Of a stretch of DNA of 64,000 nt, positions 52,141 to 61,659 are shown piece after piece. How positions within the stretch are numbered: the stretch's first letter is position 1; each line of letters starts with the position of its first letter. A model generated the notes under the pieces. It was given only the letters and a program-made list of their open reading frames with translations. It was not told the DNA's origin and made no database searches. The stretch lies in the NCBI GenBank assembly GCA_037481835.1, contig JBBFKW010000009.1, forward strand, positions 83,786 through 147,785, written 5' to 3'. The position numbers and the translations under genes were made by a program. This DNA comes from Desulfosoma sp. (lineage in GTDB: Bacteria; Desulfobacterota; Syntrophobacteria; Syntrophobacterales; DSM-9756).

Positions 52141-54312
52141 TTACGTCCCCGCACCGGCGGGAGGAACCAGATCCGCATGGCTGTTAGCCGCCTTTTTCCG
52201 TGCACATTCCAAGCACAGTCGATGGCCCCGCACAACCGACGCCAGGTCCTTCATGCGCTTCATCATGAAATCATGGTACCGTTCAGGGCCCAAAACACTC
52301 CCGCACTCTTCACAGTATTCCAACTTGAGCCGGTTGAGAGTCGTCCCGCACAGTGAGACGACTCTCGTGCCGTCCCGATCCTCCATCTGCATGGCGCCGG
52401 TGGGACAATTGACGGCGCACGCCCCGCAGGCGATGCATTTTTCCGAGGTCACGCGAAAATCGGTCTCCGACCGATGCTCCCGATCCAAGTAACCGAGCTT
52501 CAAGGCTTCGACTTTCATCCTATCCCGACAGATTTCCACGCACCGCCCGCAGCGCACGCACACATCGCAGCGCAGGCACCTCAAAGCCTCTTCCCTGGCC
52601 TGGGTCTCCGACAAGCCCAACTCCACCTGTTGGAACGTGATTCTTCGGCGGTCCGTGTTGAGCTCGGCCATTCTGGGTCTTTCCAGCCGCATCTTCTTGG
52701 ATGCGGAGACCTCGAGGAACGGCAGGCGACGGCGCCGCACGGGAACCGGGGGCATCTTGGGCTGTGGAAGCCCCTGCAAATAGCGGTCAATAGCGTCGGC
52801 GGCCACTTTCCCCATGCCGATGGCCTCGATGACCGTGGCCGGGCCCGTCACCACGTCTCCCGCGGCAAAGACGCCCTCTTGGGTTGTTTCCATGGTCGCC
52901 GTGTTGGCCTTGATGGTCCCACGCTTGGACCACGTCATGCGATCCAGTTGATCCAAGCCCTGGGAATCGATGGCCTGGCCAATGGCCGCGATGACACAGT
53001 CCACCATGAGATCGTGGTCGCTTCCTTCCACGGGAATGGGCCGTCTGCGGCCACTGGCGTCGGGCTGACCCAATTCGGCCCGCAGGCAGTGGAGCGCCGT
53101 CACGCGGCCGCCTTCTCCCTTGATTTCCACGGGAATGGTCAGAAACTGCAGCTGGACCCCTTCCTCTTCCGCCTGGCGAACTTCTTCCTCATGAGCCGGC
53201 ATTTCGGAACGTGTCCGCCGATAGAGCAGGGTGACGGTTTCGCATCCCAGGCGGATACACGTCCTGGCGGCGTCGATGGCCACGTTCCCGCCCCCGATGA
53301 CGGCCACCTTCTTGCCCGGGGCATGACGTTCCCCCAAGGCCACGTTCCGCAAAAAGTCCACGGCGCTGATCACTTGAGGAAAATCGTCTTCGCCCGGAAT
53401 CATGAGTTTGTACGAGCTGTGGGCGCCGATGGCGATGAGGAAGGCCTCGTAGCCTTGCTTTCGAAGCTCTTCGATGGTCACGTCCTTGCCGAACCGGGTG
53501 TTGAGCCGGATCTCCACGCCCATGTCCTCGATCATGGCCACTTCCCGATCGATGACCTCCCGAGGGAGCCGATAGCGGGGAATTCCCACCATCATCATGC
53601 CGCCCGCCACAGGCAGGGCTTCCAGGACCGTCACTTCGTAACCCTTGAGCCGCAGGTAATAGGCCGCGGTCAAACCCGCAGGGCCGGCCCCGACGATGCA
53701 CACCTTGCGCCCGTTGGATGGGGGCACCGGCGGATTGACGTATTCCATGCGGGACATGGCCCGTTCCGCCGCATAGCCCTTGAGGTCCTTGATGGCGATG
53801 GGCTTGTCGATACGACCCCGCACGCACACGAATTCGCACGGGTGCGTGCACACCAGGCCGCAGACCCAGGGAAATGGATTGTCTTCCCGAATGATGCTGA
53901 TCGCTTCCGCTTCACGGCCCATCCCGATCAGGGTCACGTAGCTTGGGATGTCCAGCCCGGCGGGGCACGCCATCTGGCACGGGGATGGGGCCAGTTTGAC
54001 GCAGTCCCCCGTGGCACAGTTGTGGGTTTCGATATGACTGACGAAGACTTCCCGATATTCGTCCAAGGCGTCCGTGAGGAACCTCCCCGTCTCGACCGTC
54101 TTGGGGTCGGGTCCCTGGGATGCCAGGGTTTCCCCAAGAGATCGAAGGGCGGCAAGGTGGTCCGGACCGCCTCGCCCCCAGGCGATATCTTCCAGAAGAA
54201 GAAAAATCTCTTCCGTCAGGTGTCGAAACCGGGGCGTGGTGATGGCATCCGTAGCCAGAAGCTTTTCAAAATGCCGACGGCACTCGCTGACCGGACATGT
54301 GGCTCCCGTCAT
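52141..54312 (-). CDS. GltD/NfnB/SudA-like FAD- and FeS-containing NAD(P)H oxidoreductase with extra N- and C-terminal FeS-type modules
   Basis: PCQMACP, CGLVCTHPCEFVC, GAGPAG, GGGNVAIDAA...YRR, AGD, RCLRCDVCVRC, CIACGACAVNCP, CEECG...CLEC. Confidence 0.9.
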   Translation of the reverse strand: MTGATCPVSECRRHFEKLLATDAITTPRFRHLTEEIFLLLEDIAWGRGGPDHLAALRSLGETLASQGPDPKTVETGRFLTDALDEYREVFVSHIETHNCATGDCVKLAPSPCQMACPAGLDIPSYVTLIGMGREAEAISIIREDNPFPWVCGLVCTHPCEFVCVRGRIDKPIAIKDLKGYAAERAMSRMEYVNPPVPPSNGRKVCIVGAGPAGLTAAYYLRLKGYEVTVLEALPVAGGMMMVGIPRYRLPREVIDREVAMIEDMGVEIRLNTRFGKDVTIEELRKQGYEAFLIAIGAHSSYKLMIPGEDDFPQVISAVDFLRNVALGERHAPGKKVAVIGGGNVAIDAARTCIRLGCETVTLLYRRTRSEMPAHEEEVRQAEEEGVQLQFLTIPVEIKGEGGRVTALHCLRAELGQPDASGRRRPIPVEGSDHDLMVDCVIAAIGQAIDSQGLDQLDRMTWSKRGTIKANTATMETTQEGVFAAGDVVTGPATVIEAIGMGKVAADAIDRYLQGLPQPKMPPVPVRRRRLPFLEVSASKKMRLERPRMAELNTDRRRITFQQVELGLSETQAREEALRCLRCDVCVRCGRCVEICRDRMKVEALKLGYLDREHRSETDFRVTSEKCIACGACAVNCPTGAMQMEDRDGTRVVSLCGTTLNRLKLEYCEECGSVLGPERYHDFMMKRMKDLASVVRGHRLCLECARKKAANSHADLVPPAGAGT

Positions 54313-54390
54313 CCGTGGTTTCCTCAAAAATCGAATGAAACATTGACCGCCTCATCCCCCGCGGCCGCCCCATGGGCCCTTGCCGACGAA

Positions 54391-54894
54391 TCAGTCCAGA
54401 GGGGACAAGGCCTTCGCGTGACGTATCCGCCGAATCTCACGCAATTCTTCCGGTTTTCCGAAGTTAAGGCAATGGGTCGTGCACACGGTGACGCAGGCGG
54501 GCTTTAAACCCTGGTCCACGCGATCCTTGCAATAGTCGCACTTGACCACCTTGCCCGTCTGGGCGTTCCACTGGGGAGCCCCCCACGGGCACGCCGAGAT
54601 GCAGGTCTTGCATCCCACACACAGATCCTCATCGACGAAGACGATCCCGTCCTTGGTGCGCTTCTGCATGGCCCCCGTCGGGCAAGCCGCCACACACCAA
54701 GGGTTTTCGCAGTGAAAACACGGCATGAAGATGTACGAAGCCCTGGGTAGCGCTCCCACGAATTTCGGGCCCACCTCCACCACCTGGCACACCTTGGGCC
54801 CCACGGGCAGCCCCTTGTTGGCCTTGCATTGGACTTCGCACGTATGACATCCGATGCACTTCTTCACATCCTGAAAAAGGTAGTATTGACTCAT
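54391..54894 (-). CDS. PhsB/DmsB-like four-[4Fe-4S] subunit
   Basis: CIGCHTCEVQC, CFHCENPWC, CVGCKTCISACP, KCDYC. Confidence 0.9.
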   Translation of the reverse strand: MSQYYLFQDVKKCIGCHTCEVQCKANKGLPVGPKVCQVVEVGPKFVGALPRASYIFMPCFHCENPWCVAACPTGAMQKRTKDGIVFVDEDLCVGCKTCISACPWGAPQWNAQTGKVVKCDYCKDRVDQGLKPACVTVCTTHCLNFGKPEELREIRRIRHAKALSPLD

Positions 54895-54925
54895 GGGTAT
54901 GCCCTCCGGATTCCTTCCGTCGTCA

Positions 54926-57016
54926 TCAGCGAACGCGTTTGACCGTCACGACCGTGTGATCCAGTGCGGGACTGCCGCCGATCATGTCGGAGATGTTTTC
55001 CTGCAGCAGGGTGTCGGCCAAGCCGCGGTTGAAGCTCCGCGCCGCCAATCGGGCTTCATGGCCGAACCCGTGGAGCATGAAGACCGCCTCAGGATGGATC
55101 AGGTCCGTCACATAGGCCTTGATCTGGCCCGACCCCACCCGTGAGCTCAACTCGACCCAATCCCCGTCCTTGATGCCGAGGCGTTCCGCTTCCTTCGTGT
55201 GGATCCACAGGCGGTTTTCGGGAACCAGCTCGTTGAGATAAGGATTGTTCTGCGTGGAAACATGGGTGTGTTGGGCGCATCGGCCGACCATGAGTCGATA
55301 GTGCCCTTCGGGAGGCGCCGTTACGGGCTCATAGGCGGGAAAAGACGCAAAGCCCGCCTTTTCCATGAGCGAAGAGACGAATTCGATCTTTCCGGAAGGC
55401 GTCTTGAACTTGAGGCCCTTTTCCCGATCCCAAAAGATCTGCTTGTCCGTGTAGGCCACGAAGCCTTTCTTTTCGAAATCTTCCAAGCTGAAACCCGTTC
55501 CTTCCAGCTGCCAGCGCACCAGATCTTCCATGGTTTCGTAAGGGAAGAACTGGCCTATCCCGAGCCGCTCGGCCAGCTGCTTCAAGATGACGGCGCCAGG
55601 GCGCGTGTCGTATCGCGGGCTTACCGCCTGGTGGCGGAGGAACATCTGGGGTTTAAGGCCGTTGGCCTGCTGGACGCAATCGAGGCGCTCCAGATAGGTG
55701 GACTCGGGCAGGATCACGTCGGAATACCACGCAATATCGCTGTAGTTGATGTCGATCGCCACCACCAGGTCGAGCTTTTCCAAGGCCCGCTTATTCTGGT
55801 TGAGGTCCGGGATGGAAAGCAGAGGGTCGAAACGATAGGCGATGAGGGCTTTCAAAGGATAAGGATCTTCATTCAATATGGCTAAAGGGAGCCTTTGGCC
55901 CACGCCGTGGTCTTTGTCGGGAAGCGGGAATTCGGGCGTGCCCACCTTGTCGAAGCGCACCTTGTCCACCTTGGGCAGCCCTTCCTGTTCCGTCAGTTTC
56001 CGAGCCGGCTTGCCGCCCACTTCTCCCGGCCCTTTTTTGAAGAAAAGCCCCCCCTTGGCCTCCACGCTCCCCATGAGCGCGTTAAGGATCATAATGGATC
56101 GGCGCACATAAATTTCGTTGGGGTGGCTGGCCCCACGGTAGCCGAAATGGAAAATGACCGAAGGCTTCTTTTTGCTCATCTCCCTGGCCAAATTCACAAT
56201 GCGGTGGGCATCGATCCCCGTTTCACGCTCCGCCCATTCCGGCGTGTAGGGCTGCACAAAATCCTGGAGTTCCGAAAACCCGCTCACCCAGCGTTCCACA
56301 TAGGGGGCGTCGTAGAGCTTTTCCTTCAAGATCACGTGCATCAGAGCGTAATTCAAAGCCAGGTCCGTTCCCGGGCGGATCATGAAATAATCATGAGCCT
56401 TCGTCGCCGTCACGGTCACCCTGGGATCGATGTAGGTGATCTTGGCGCCGTTTTCCAGGGCCTCCATGAGGCTGTTGACGGCCCTGACCTCCACGGCTTC
56501 GAAGAAATTACGACCGTAGAAGACAATGTGCTTTGTGTTCTTATAATCGAAGCCCATCTGGGCGTCCGTGTAGCCGAACAGAGACCGCGCGGCGGTGTTG
56601 ACGGATCCCTTGCAGATGGCGTCATGGGTGCAATGGTTGGGCGATCCCAGGGCCCTCATGAAGGTCTTGCTCGCATGGGTGGCGAGTTGCGTGCGCTCGG
56701 CTAAGACGACACTTTCAGGTCCATACTTCGCCGTGACTTCCTTGATCTTTTCGGCCACGTAATTAAGCGCCTCGTCCCAGGAGGCCTTTTTCCATTGGCC
56801 GCTTCCCCGGGGCCCGGAACGGATCAAGGGCGACTGGACCCTTTGCGTATCGTTCAAAAGGGCGATCCCCGCCGCACCCCGCGGGCACAAACTTCCTTCC
56901 ATGCCCGGCACGTGGGGGTTGCCTTCGATCCACTTGACCTGGCCGTTTTCCACGATGACCTTGATGGGACACCGCACCGAACACATGAAACACAAACTGT
57001 ATACTTCTCTTCTCAT
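54926..57016 (-). CDS. Molybdopterin oxidoreductase, PhsA/PsrA (thiosulfate/polysulfide reductase)-like, no TAT signal
   Basis: CFMCSVRC...LCPRG, GSPNHCTHDAIC (putative Mo-Cys), ILPESTYLER, TPSGKIEF. Confidence 0.8.
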   Translation of the reverse strand: MRREVYSLCFMCSVRCPIKVIVENGQVKWIEGNPHVPGMEGSLCPRGAAGIALLNDTQRVQSPLIRSGPRGSGQWKKASWDEALNYVAEKIKEVTAKYGPESVVLAERTQLATHASKTFMRALGSPNHCTHDAICKGSVNTAARSLFGYTDAQMGFDYKNTKHIVFYGRNFFEAVEVRAVNSLMEALENGAKITYIDPRVTVTATKAHDYFMIRPGTDLALNYALMHVILKEKLYDAPYVERWVSGFSELQDFVQPYTPEWAERETGIDAHRIVNLAREMSKKKPSVIFHFGYRGASHPNEIYVRRSIMILNALMGSVEAKGGLFFKKGPGEVGGKPARKLTEQEGLPKVDKVRFDKVGTPEFPLPDKDHGVGQRLPLAILNEDPYPLKALIAYRFDPLLSIPDLNQNKRALEKLDLVVAIDINYSDIAWYSDVILPESTYLERLDCVQQANGLKPQMFLRHQAVSPRYDTRPGAVILKQLAERLGIGQFFPYETMEDLVRWQLEGTGFSLEDFEKKGFVAYTDKQIFWDREKGLKFKTPSGKIEFVSSLMEKAGFASFPAYEPVTAPPEGHYRLMVGRCAQHTHVSTQNNPYLNELVPENRLWIHTKEAERLGIKDGDWVELSSRVGSGQIKAYVTDLIHPEAVFMLHGFGHEARLAARSFNRGLADTLLQENISDMIGGSPALDHTVVTVKRVR

Positions 57017-57042
57017 GGGCTTTCCTCTCCTTTGGCTGACCA

Positions 57043-57417
57043 TCACCCTGGCACGGAACGCTTTTCCAAAGCCTTGTCCACGCGGGATTCCAAATCTTCG
57101 ATTTCAACGGGTTTGATGAGATAATCTTCCACGCCCAACCGGAGCGCCTCCTGTGTCGTTTGCGCGGAAGGATACCCCGTGATCATGATCACTTTGACGG
57201 ACGGCCGATGGGTGCGCAAGAATTTGAGAACGGACAATCCGTTATCTTCTTTGAGCTTGATGTCGAGCACAGCCAAATCCGGCTGGGACGTCTCAAGCCA
57301 CCGCCGCGCCTCATCGGCACGGCAAAACGCTTGGACTCGGTGCCCGAGCCGCGAAAGGATTCTCTGCATGAGCCGGCACGCATCCCGTTCGTCATCCAAA
57401 ACCATGATGAGCGCCAT
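57043..57417 (-). CDS. Single-domain response regulator
   Basis: MVLDDE, VLDIKL, MITGY, YLIKP. Confidence 0.9.
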   Translation of the reverse strand: MALIMVLDDERDACRLMQRILSRLGHRVQAFCRADEARRWLETSQPDLAVLDIKLKEDNGLSVLKFLRTHRPSVKVIMITGYPSAQTTQEALRLGVEDYLIKPVEIEDLESRVDKALEKRSVPG

Positions 57418-57553
57418 AACTCGGCACTTTCCCCTTGATCAAGCCCCAAATCTCATATCGTCCGGCTTCCTGAGAGAAAACCCGCCGCCGGGCCCCAACC
57501 GGCACGCCCCTCCGACGCGGGCGAAACCTCCAAAGGCCCCGACTCCAGCAAAG

Positions 57554-57568
57554 GCAAATTACATGCCA
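57554..57568 (-). promoter_or_regulatory. Sigma54 (-24/-12) promoter for the molybdoenzyme operon
   Basis: Minus strand TGGCATGTAATTTGC (GG-N10-GC). Confidence 0.75.
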
Positions 57569-57746
57569 TGAAAAAAATTCTCTCCGCGCCCAAGCGGCGG
57601 AGGCCGTCCCGGCGGCGAAGGGTTCGGCGCCCTCGGAAACGCCCTGAGCCGCCTCCAGGTCGGAACAAGCACCAGAGCGCCTCCAGGTGTGCCGCATTTT
57701 CCTTGCACCGCAATTTTTTCTTTGCACCTCGGATCGGGCTCCCGCC

Positions 57747-57779
57747 TTTTAAAAAAAGTAATTTAATTTCAACATATTC
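57747..57779. promoter_or_regulatory. Possible IHF site
   Basis: A/T tract followed by TTTCAA-CATA-TTC, near WATCAA-N4-TTR, between two sigma54 promoters. Confidence 0.4.
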
Positions 57780-57907
57780 TTCCTGGAGCGGGCTTCGGGG
57801 AGGCTCCTTACGACGGCGCGGAGCTGAAAGAAAACGATGACAGGGGCGGGGTGGAGGGGGGGGCATGTTCCGGGGCGGCGGGGCTTTGCGAGGCGGCCCC
57901 CCAAGGA

Positions 57908-57923
57908 TGGCATAAAAGGTGCT
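57908..57923 (+). promoter_or_regulatory. Sigma54 (-24/-12) promoter for the TauE/SafE gene
   Basis: TGGCATAAAAGGTGCT (GG-N10-GC). Confidence 0.7.
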
Positions 57924-58025
57924 TTATCGCCCTACGAATAAGGAATGCGGCTTTGCGCGCCGCATGGGTCCGCGGTTTTCTTCGGCGTTTTCATGAAAGA
58001 CATTTTCTTTGAGGAGGATCGGACA

Positions 58026-59351
58026 ATGAGGAAACGGTTTGGATGGCAGACGGCTTTCATGGTTTTCATCGCGGTGCTGTTTTTCGGAGGGATTGCGGTC
58101 GGACCCGCCCTGAGCCAACAGCAGCAAAGCGAGACCCAGGGAACGGCTCCCCAACCGGCCCAGCAGCCGGCGGCGCCGTCGCCTCAGGTTCAGCCGGCCG
58201 CACCGGCCCCGCAAGGGCAACCTGCTCCCGCCGCGGAAAAACCCGCGGCCGCCGAACCGAAAAAAGTCGGCGACACTCTGGGCCTTCCCGGCAAAATCGG
58301 CCAGGAAGTGGCCAAGGCGCCGCTCGGTAAAGAAAAAGGCTACATCGACCCCGAAGCCCCTCGGGGCGCCTTCGGCATTCCCGGCGCCCCCCGCATCAAT
58401 TACGTGGTGGCCATCCTGTGGGCCGTGTGGGTGGGCTGGATCTTTTCCACCGTGGGGGCGTTCGGAGGCATCATGGCCGGTGTGGGCCACATGACTGTTC
58501 TCGGCTTGGCCAACTACGCGAAAGCATTTTCGAAAACTGCACCAGGTCTCAACAAGGCTTTGACCGACAGCGTGCGCACGTCCAACCAGTTCCTCGTAGG
58601 CCTGTCCGCCTTAATCAGCACCATCAATTATCTCAAGGCGCGCACCCTGGCCTGGCCCGTGGGCGTTGTCCTAGCTTTGGGATCCATCGCCGGTGCCGTT
58701 TTCATCCCGTGGATCACGGGGGGCAAAGTCACTTTCAAACAGTATCAGGGATGGTTCGGCCTCTTTGTGTTCATCGTGGGGGCTTTTCTCTTTTATGAAA
58801 CCACTCCCGCCGGGCAGAGCAAGAAGAAGGCAGCCAAGGAAGCGGCTCAAGCTTTTGCTCGAGCCATGAGAGAAAAGAAGGACGTGGCGAGCCAAGGGAT
58901 CCAATTCAAATCCTTTACCATCACCCGGTCAAGCTTCACCTTCTTCGGCAGCGAATTCCACTTTAACCCCATTATTATTTTTATTGGCGGATTGGTCATT
59001 GCGGCGATTTCGTCGTTTATCGGCGTGGGCGGCGGATTCCTCTACGTGCCCTTCCTGACGACTTTCACGGGAGCCCCGATGTACGTCGTGGCCGGAACGT
59101 CCGCCATGGCCGTGCTTCTGAGCATGATCACCAGCATTGCCAGTTACATCACGGTGGCCAAGGCGGGTATGGACTGGACCTTGGTCGGTCTCGAGCTCAT
59201 CGGCATTTTCGTGGGCTCCATGATCGGCCCGAGAACGCAAAAATACATTCCGGACATCTGGCTCAAACGCCTCTTCGTCCTCCTGGCTCTCTACGTGGGG
59301 TTGGGCTATTTCAGCCAGGGGTTCTTCGGTCAAAAGTGGGTTCCCATGTAA
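58026..59351 (+). CDS. TauE/SafE (DUF81) sulfur-compound transporter with N-terminal signal-like peptide and Pro/Gln/Ala-rich linker
   Basis: STVGAFGG and FIGVGGGFLYVP repeats, VAGTS; many TM segments; GAGGAGG RBS. Confidence 0.85.
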   Translation: MRKRFGWQTAFMVFIAVLFFGGIAVGPALSQQQQSETQGTAPQPAQQPAAPSPQVQPAAPAPQGQPAPAAEKPAAAEPKKVGDTLGLPGKIGQEVAKAPLGKEKGYIDPEAPRGAFGIPGAPRINYVVAILWAVWVGWIFSTVGAFGGIMAGVGHMTVLGLANYAKAFSKTAPGLNKALTDSVRTSNQFLVGLSALISTINYLKARTLAWPVGVVLALGSIAGAVFIPWITGGKVTFKQYQGWFGLFVFIVGAFLFYETTPAGQSKKKAAKEAAQAFARAMREKKDVASQGIQFKSFTITRSSFTFFGSEFHFNPIIIFIGGLVIAAISSFIGVGGGFLYVPFLTTFTGAPMYVVAGTSAMAVLLSMITSIASYITVAKAGMDWTLVGLELIGIFVGSMIGPRTQKYIPDIWLKRLFVLLALYVGLGYFSQGFFGQKWVPM

Positions 59352-59421
59352 TATCTCAAAGGTGAGCCACGTCTCTCAGGCTTCGAGCACCGCATGACGT
59401 GGTTTGTGCCGTGAAACCGAA

Positions 59422-59466
59422 ACCCCGCCGATGCCCTGCCATTGGGCAGCGGCGGGGTCTCCCTTT
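59422..59466 (+). terminator. Hairpin, possible terminator after the TauE gene
   Basis: ACCCCGCCG...TGCCC/GGGCA...CGGCGGGGT with a weak T tail. Confidence 0.45.
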
Positions 59467-59482
59467 GCCAGGAGTCGGCCGC

Positions 59483-60019
59483 ATGTTCAACGGGGTTTTT
59501 GACCGGACGGCATCCTTCCTTGGCCCCTACGGGCCCTATCTGTTGGAAGTTCTTGTTCTGGCCGCTACGGCCACGTTCATCGGGGAACTCACCTTGGCCC
59601 TAGCCTATCGGATCAACCGCCAGCACCTGCAGTCCCTGAACCGGGAAGTGATCCGTTTTCAACAGCTTTCCGAGGAAGCGGAGCGGCTCGGGGATGAAGC
59701 CGCTTACCGAAGCGTCAACAAGGAAGGCAACGAAGTCTGGGGGCGGATGTTCTTCTTCAAGATCGCTCTGTCCGCCGCGGCCCTGTGGCCCCTTTTTTTC
59801 GCCCTTTCAAGGCTTCAGAGCCGTTACGCCGATCTGGATCTCCCCATCCCCGGCACCTCCATCGAGCTCAATTACGTGGTGGTTTTCCTGCTGGCCTATG
59901 TGACCACCCGCATCGCTTTTTCAAAGGTATCCCGAAAACTTCCTTTCTTCAGAACCGTGCTGCACATGGTGGACGCCGACGCCGCCTATTCGGATACAGA
60001 CCCTCGCACCCAGCGGTAG
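59483..60019 (+). CDS. Hypothetical membrane protein
   Basis: TM, coiled segment, two TM; AGGAG RBS before ATG 59483. Confidence 0.7.
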   Translation: MFNGVFDRTASFLGPYGPYLLEVLVLAATATFIGELTLALAYRINRQHLQSLNREVIRFQQLSEEAERLGDEAAYRSVNKEGNEVWGRMFFFKIALSAAALWPLFFALSRLQSRYADLDLPIPGTSIELNYVVVFLLAYVTTRIAFSKVSRKLPFFRTVLHMVDADAAYSDTDPRTQR

Positions 60020-61647
60020 ATTTCGCCGGCGAGCCGTTCCTTCTTTGTGTTCCACAGTCTCAGGCACCCCCTGCGGCACTCCTTCATTTCTTCCACCATG
60101 TAGGCCAAAAGGAGCCGGTCTTCGTCTCGAAGAAGGCCTCGGTCCAAATCCTTCTGCATGCGGGCGACCATGGCCAAAACGGCGAAGGTGTAAAGGCTCA
60201 GCGTGGTGAAGCGCCGCAGGACATACTCCTTGGATCCCACCTTGGAGCCGTAGAGCGCCGGAAGGATCAACAGGGCGTAACGCAAGAAGCGGCCGTTACG
60301 GGCCGCCTGCCGTGCGGCCTTTTTGAGATCCTTGTCAGTCACGGGTACGGTCCACTGCATGGAGGCCGTGAGCTGGCGCCACAGGGCTTTGATCATCCCC
60401 CACGGCCCAAGGTGTTCATCAGCCGCCTCCTTGGCCATGCGCCGCATGGCGAAAAGAGGAGGATAGATGGAATGGATTTCCGTCGTTCCTTCGAAGATGG
60501 TCGTCACCCGAAAATCGCGCAGCCGTTTTTCGTAAGGCTGGGTGGTGAGATATCCCGAACCGCCCGCGGTCTGGAGCGCATCGTAGAGCACGTCCCAGGC
60601 GCGGGTGGTGCCGAACAGTTTCACGTGGCTCGTTTCCATGGCCGTGTTGCGGTAGGGGTCGGCCTCCAAGAAAGCCGCCGTAAGGGTCGTCATGGCGTCG
60701 CAGGCGAAGGCGTAGGCACGCCCTTTGACGATCTTCTCCTGAATGAGCTCGAATTTCTCGATGGGAACGCCGAACTGGATGCGCGACCGCGCCCGGCGGA
60801 CCATGTCTTCCACGGACTGTTCCATGAGGCCCGTGGAAGCCGCCCCCAGACCCAGGCGGCCGTAGTTCAGAATGGTCATGGCGATCTTGAAGCCGTCACC
60901 GGGCTTTCCCAGGAGGTTTTCCCGGGGCACCTTGACATCCCGAAAGTGGATGGCCGCTGTGGAGCTGGCCTTGAGGCCCATCTTGGGCATGTCCGCCCCG
61001 ATGTTCACCCCGTCCCAGTGGGTTTCCACGATGAAAGCCCCCATGTGTCCGGGGCGGTCGGGATCCAGCTGGGCGAAAACGGTGAGGCCCCCGGCGTAGT
61101 TGGCGTTGGTGATGTAGGTCTTGTGCCCGTTCAGGATGTAACACCCGTCGGCCTCGGAAAAAACGGCCGTGGTTTGGATGTGCTTGGCGTCGGAGCCCAC
61201 GTGGGGTTCCGTCAAGGCGTAGGAAAAAATCATGTCGCCGGAAGCCGCCGGCGGAAGATACTTTTGTTTTTGCTCTTCCGTCCCGAACAGCTGGATGCCT
61301 TTGACGCCGATGGAAAGATGAGCGATGGACACCAAGGCGATGGAAAGATCCCTTCGGGCCATTTCCCTGATGACTTCCAGGTATTCCCACAACGTGAACC
61401 CCAGCCCGCCGTACTCCGCAGCGATGGAAAAACCGAACAGGCCGGCTTCACCCATGCGACGAAGCATGGCGTCGGGGACTTTCCCTTGGGCTTCGATCTC
61501 CTGGGGTGAAAAATCCCGAAGCAAAGCCTCGTAGGCGTCAACCACCGCCGCCACTTTTTTTCGGTCCACGTGGATGGGAAACTTCTCGAAAATGGACGCA
61601 TCCAGGACGCCTCGGTACGCCTTTTCCAAAAACCCCGCTTTCTCCAT
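59986..61647 (-). CDS. Acyl-CoA dehydrogenase (ACAD9/VLCAD-like, long form)
   Basis: YALTEPHVGSD, NGHKTYITN, KMGLKASST, IFEGTTEI. Confidence 0.93.
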   Translation of the reverse strand: MEKAGFLEKAYRGVLDASIFEKFPIHVDRKKVAAVVDAYEALLRDFSPQEIEAQGKVPDAMLRRMGEAGLFGFSIAAEYGGLGFTLWEYLEVIREMARRDLSIALVSIAHLSIGVKGIQLFGTEEQKQKYLPPAASGDMIFSYALTEPHVGSDAKHIQTTAVFSEADGCYILNGHKTYITNANYAGGLTVFAQLDPDRPGHMGAFIVETHWDGVNIGADMPKMGLKASSTAAIHFRDVKVPRENLLGKPGDGFKIAMTILNYGRLGLGAASTGLMEQSVEDMVRRARSRIQFGVPIEKFELIQEKIVKGRAYAFACDAMTTLTAAFLEADPYRNTAMETSHVKLFGTTRAWDVLYDALQTAGGSGYLTTQPYEKRLRDFRVTTIFEGTTEIHSIYPPLFAMRRMAKEAADEHLGPWGMIKALWRQLTASMQWTVPVTDKDLKKAARQAARNGRFLRYALLILPALYGSKVGSKEYVLRRFTTLSLYTFAVLAMVARMQKDLDRGLLRDEDRLLLAYMVEEMKECRRGCLRLWNTKKERLAGEIYRWVRGSVSE

Positions 61648-61659
61648 GATCGCACTCCC

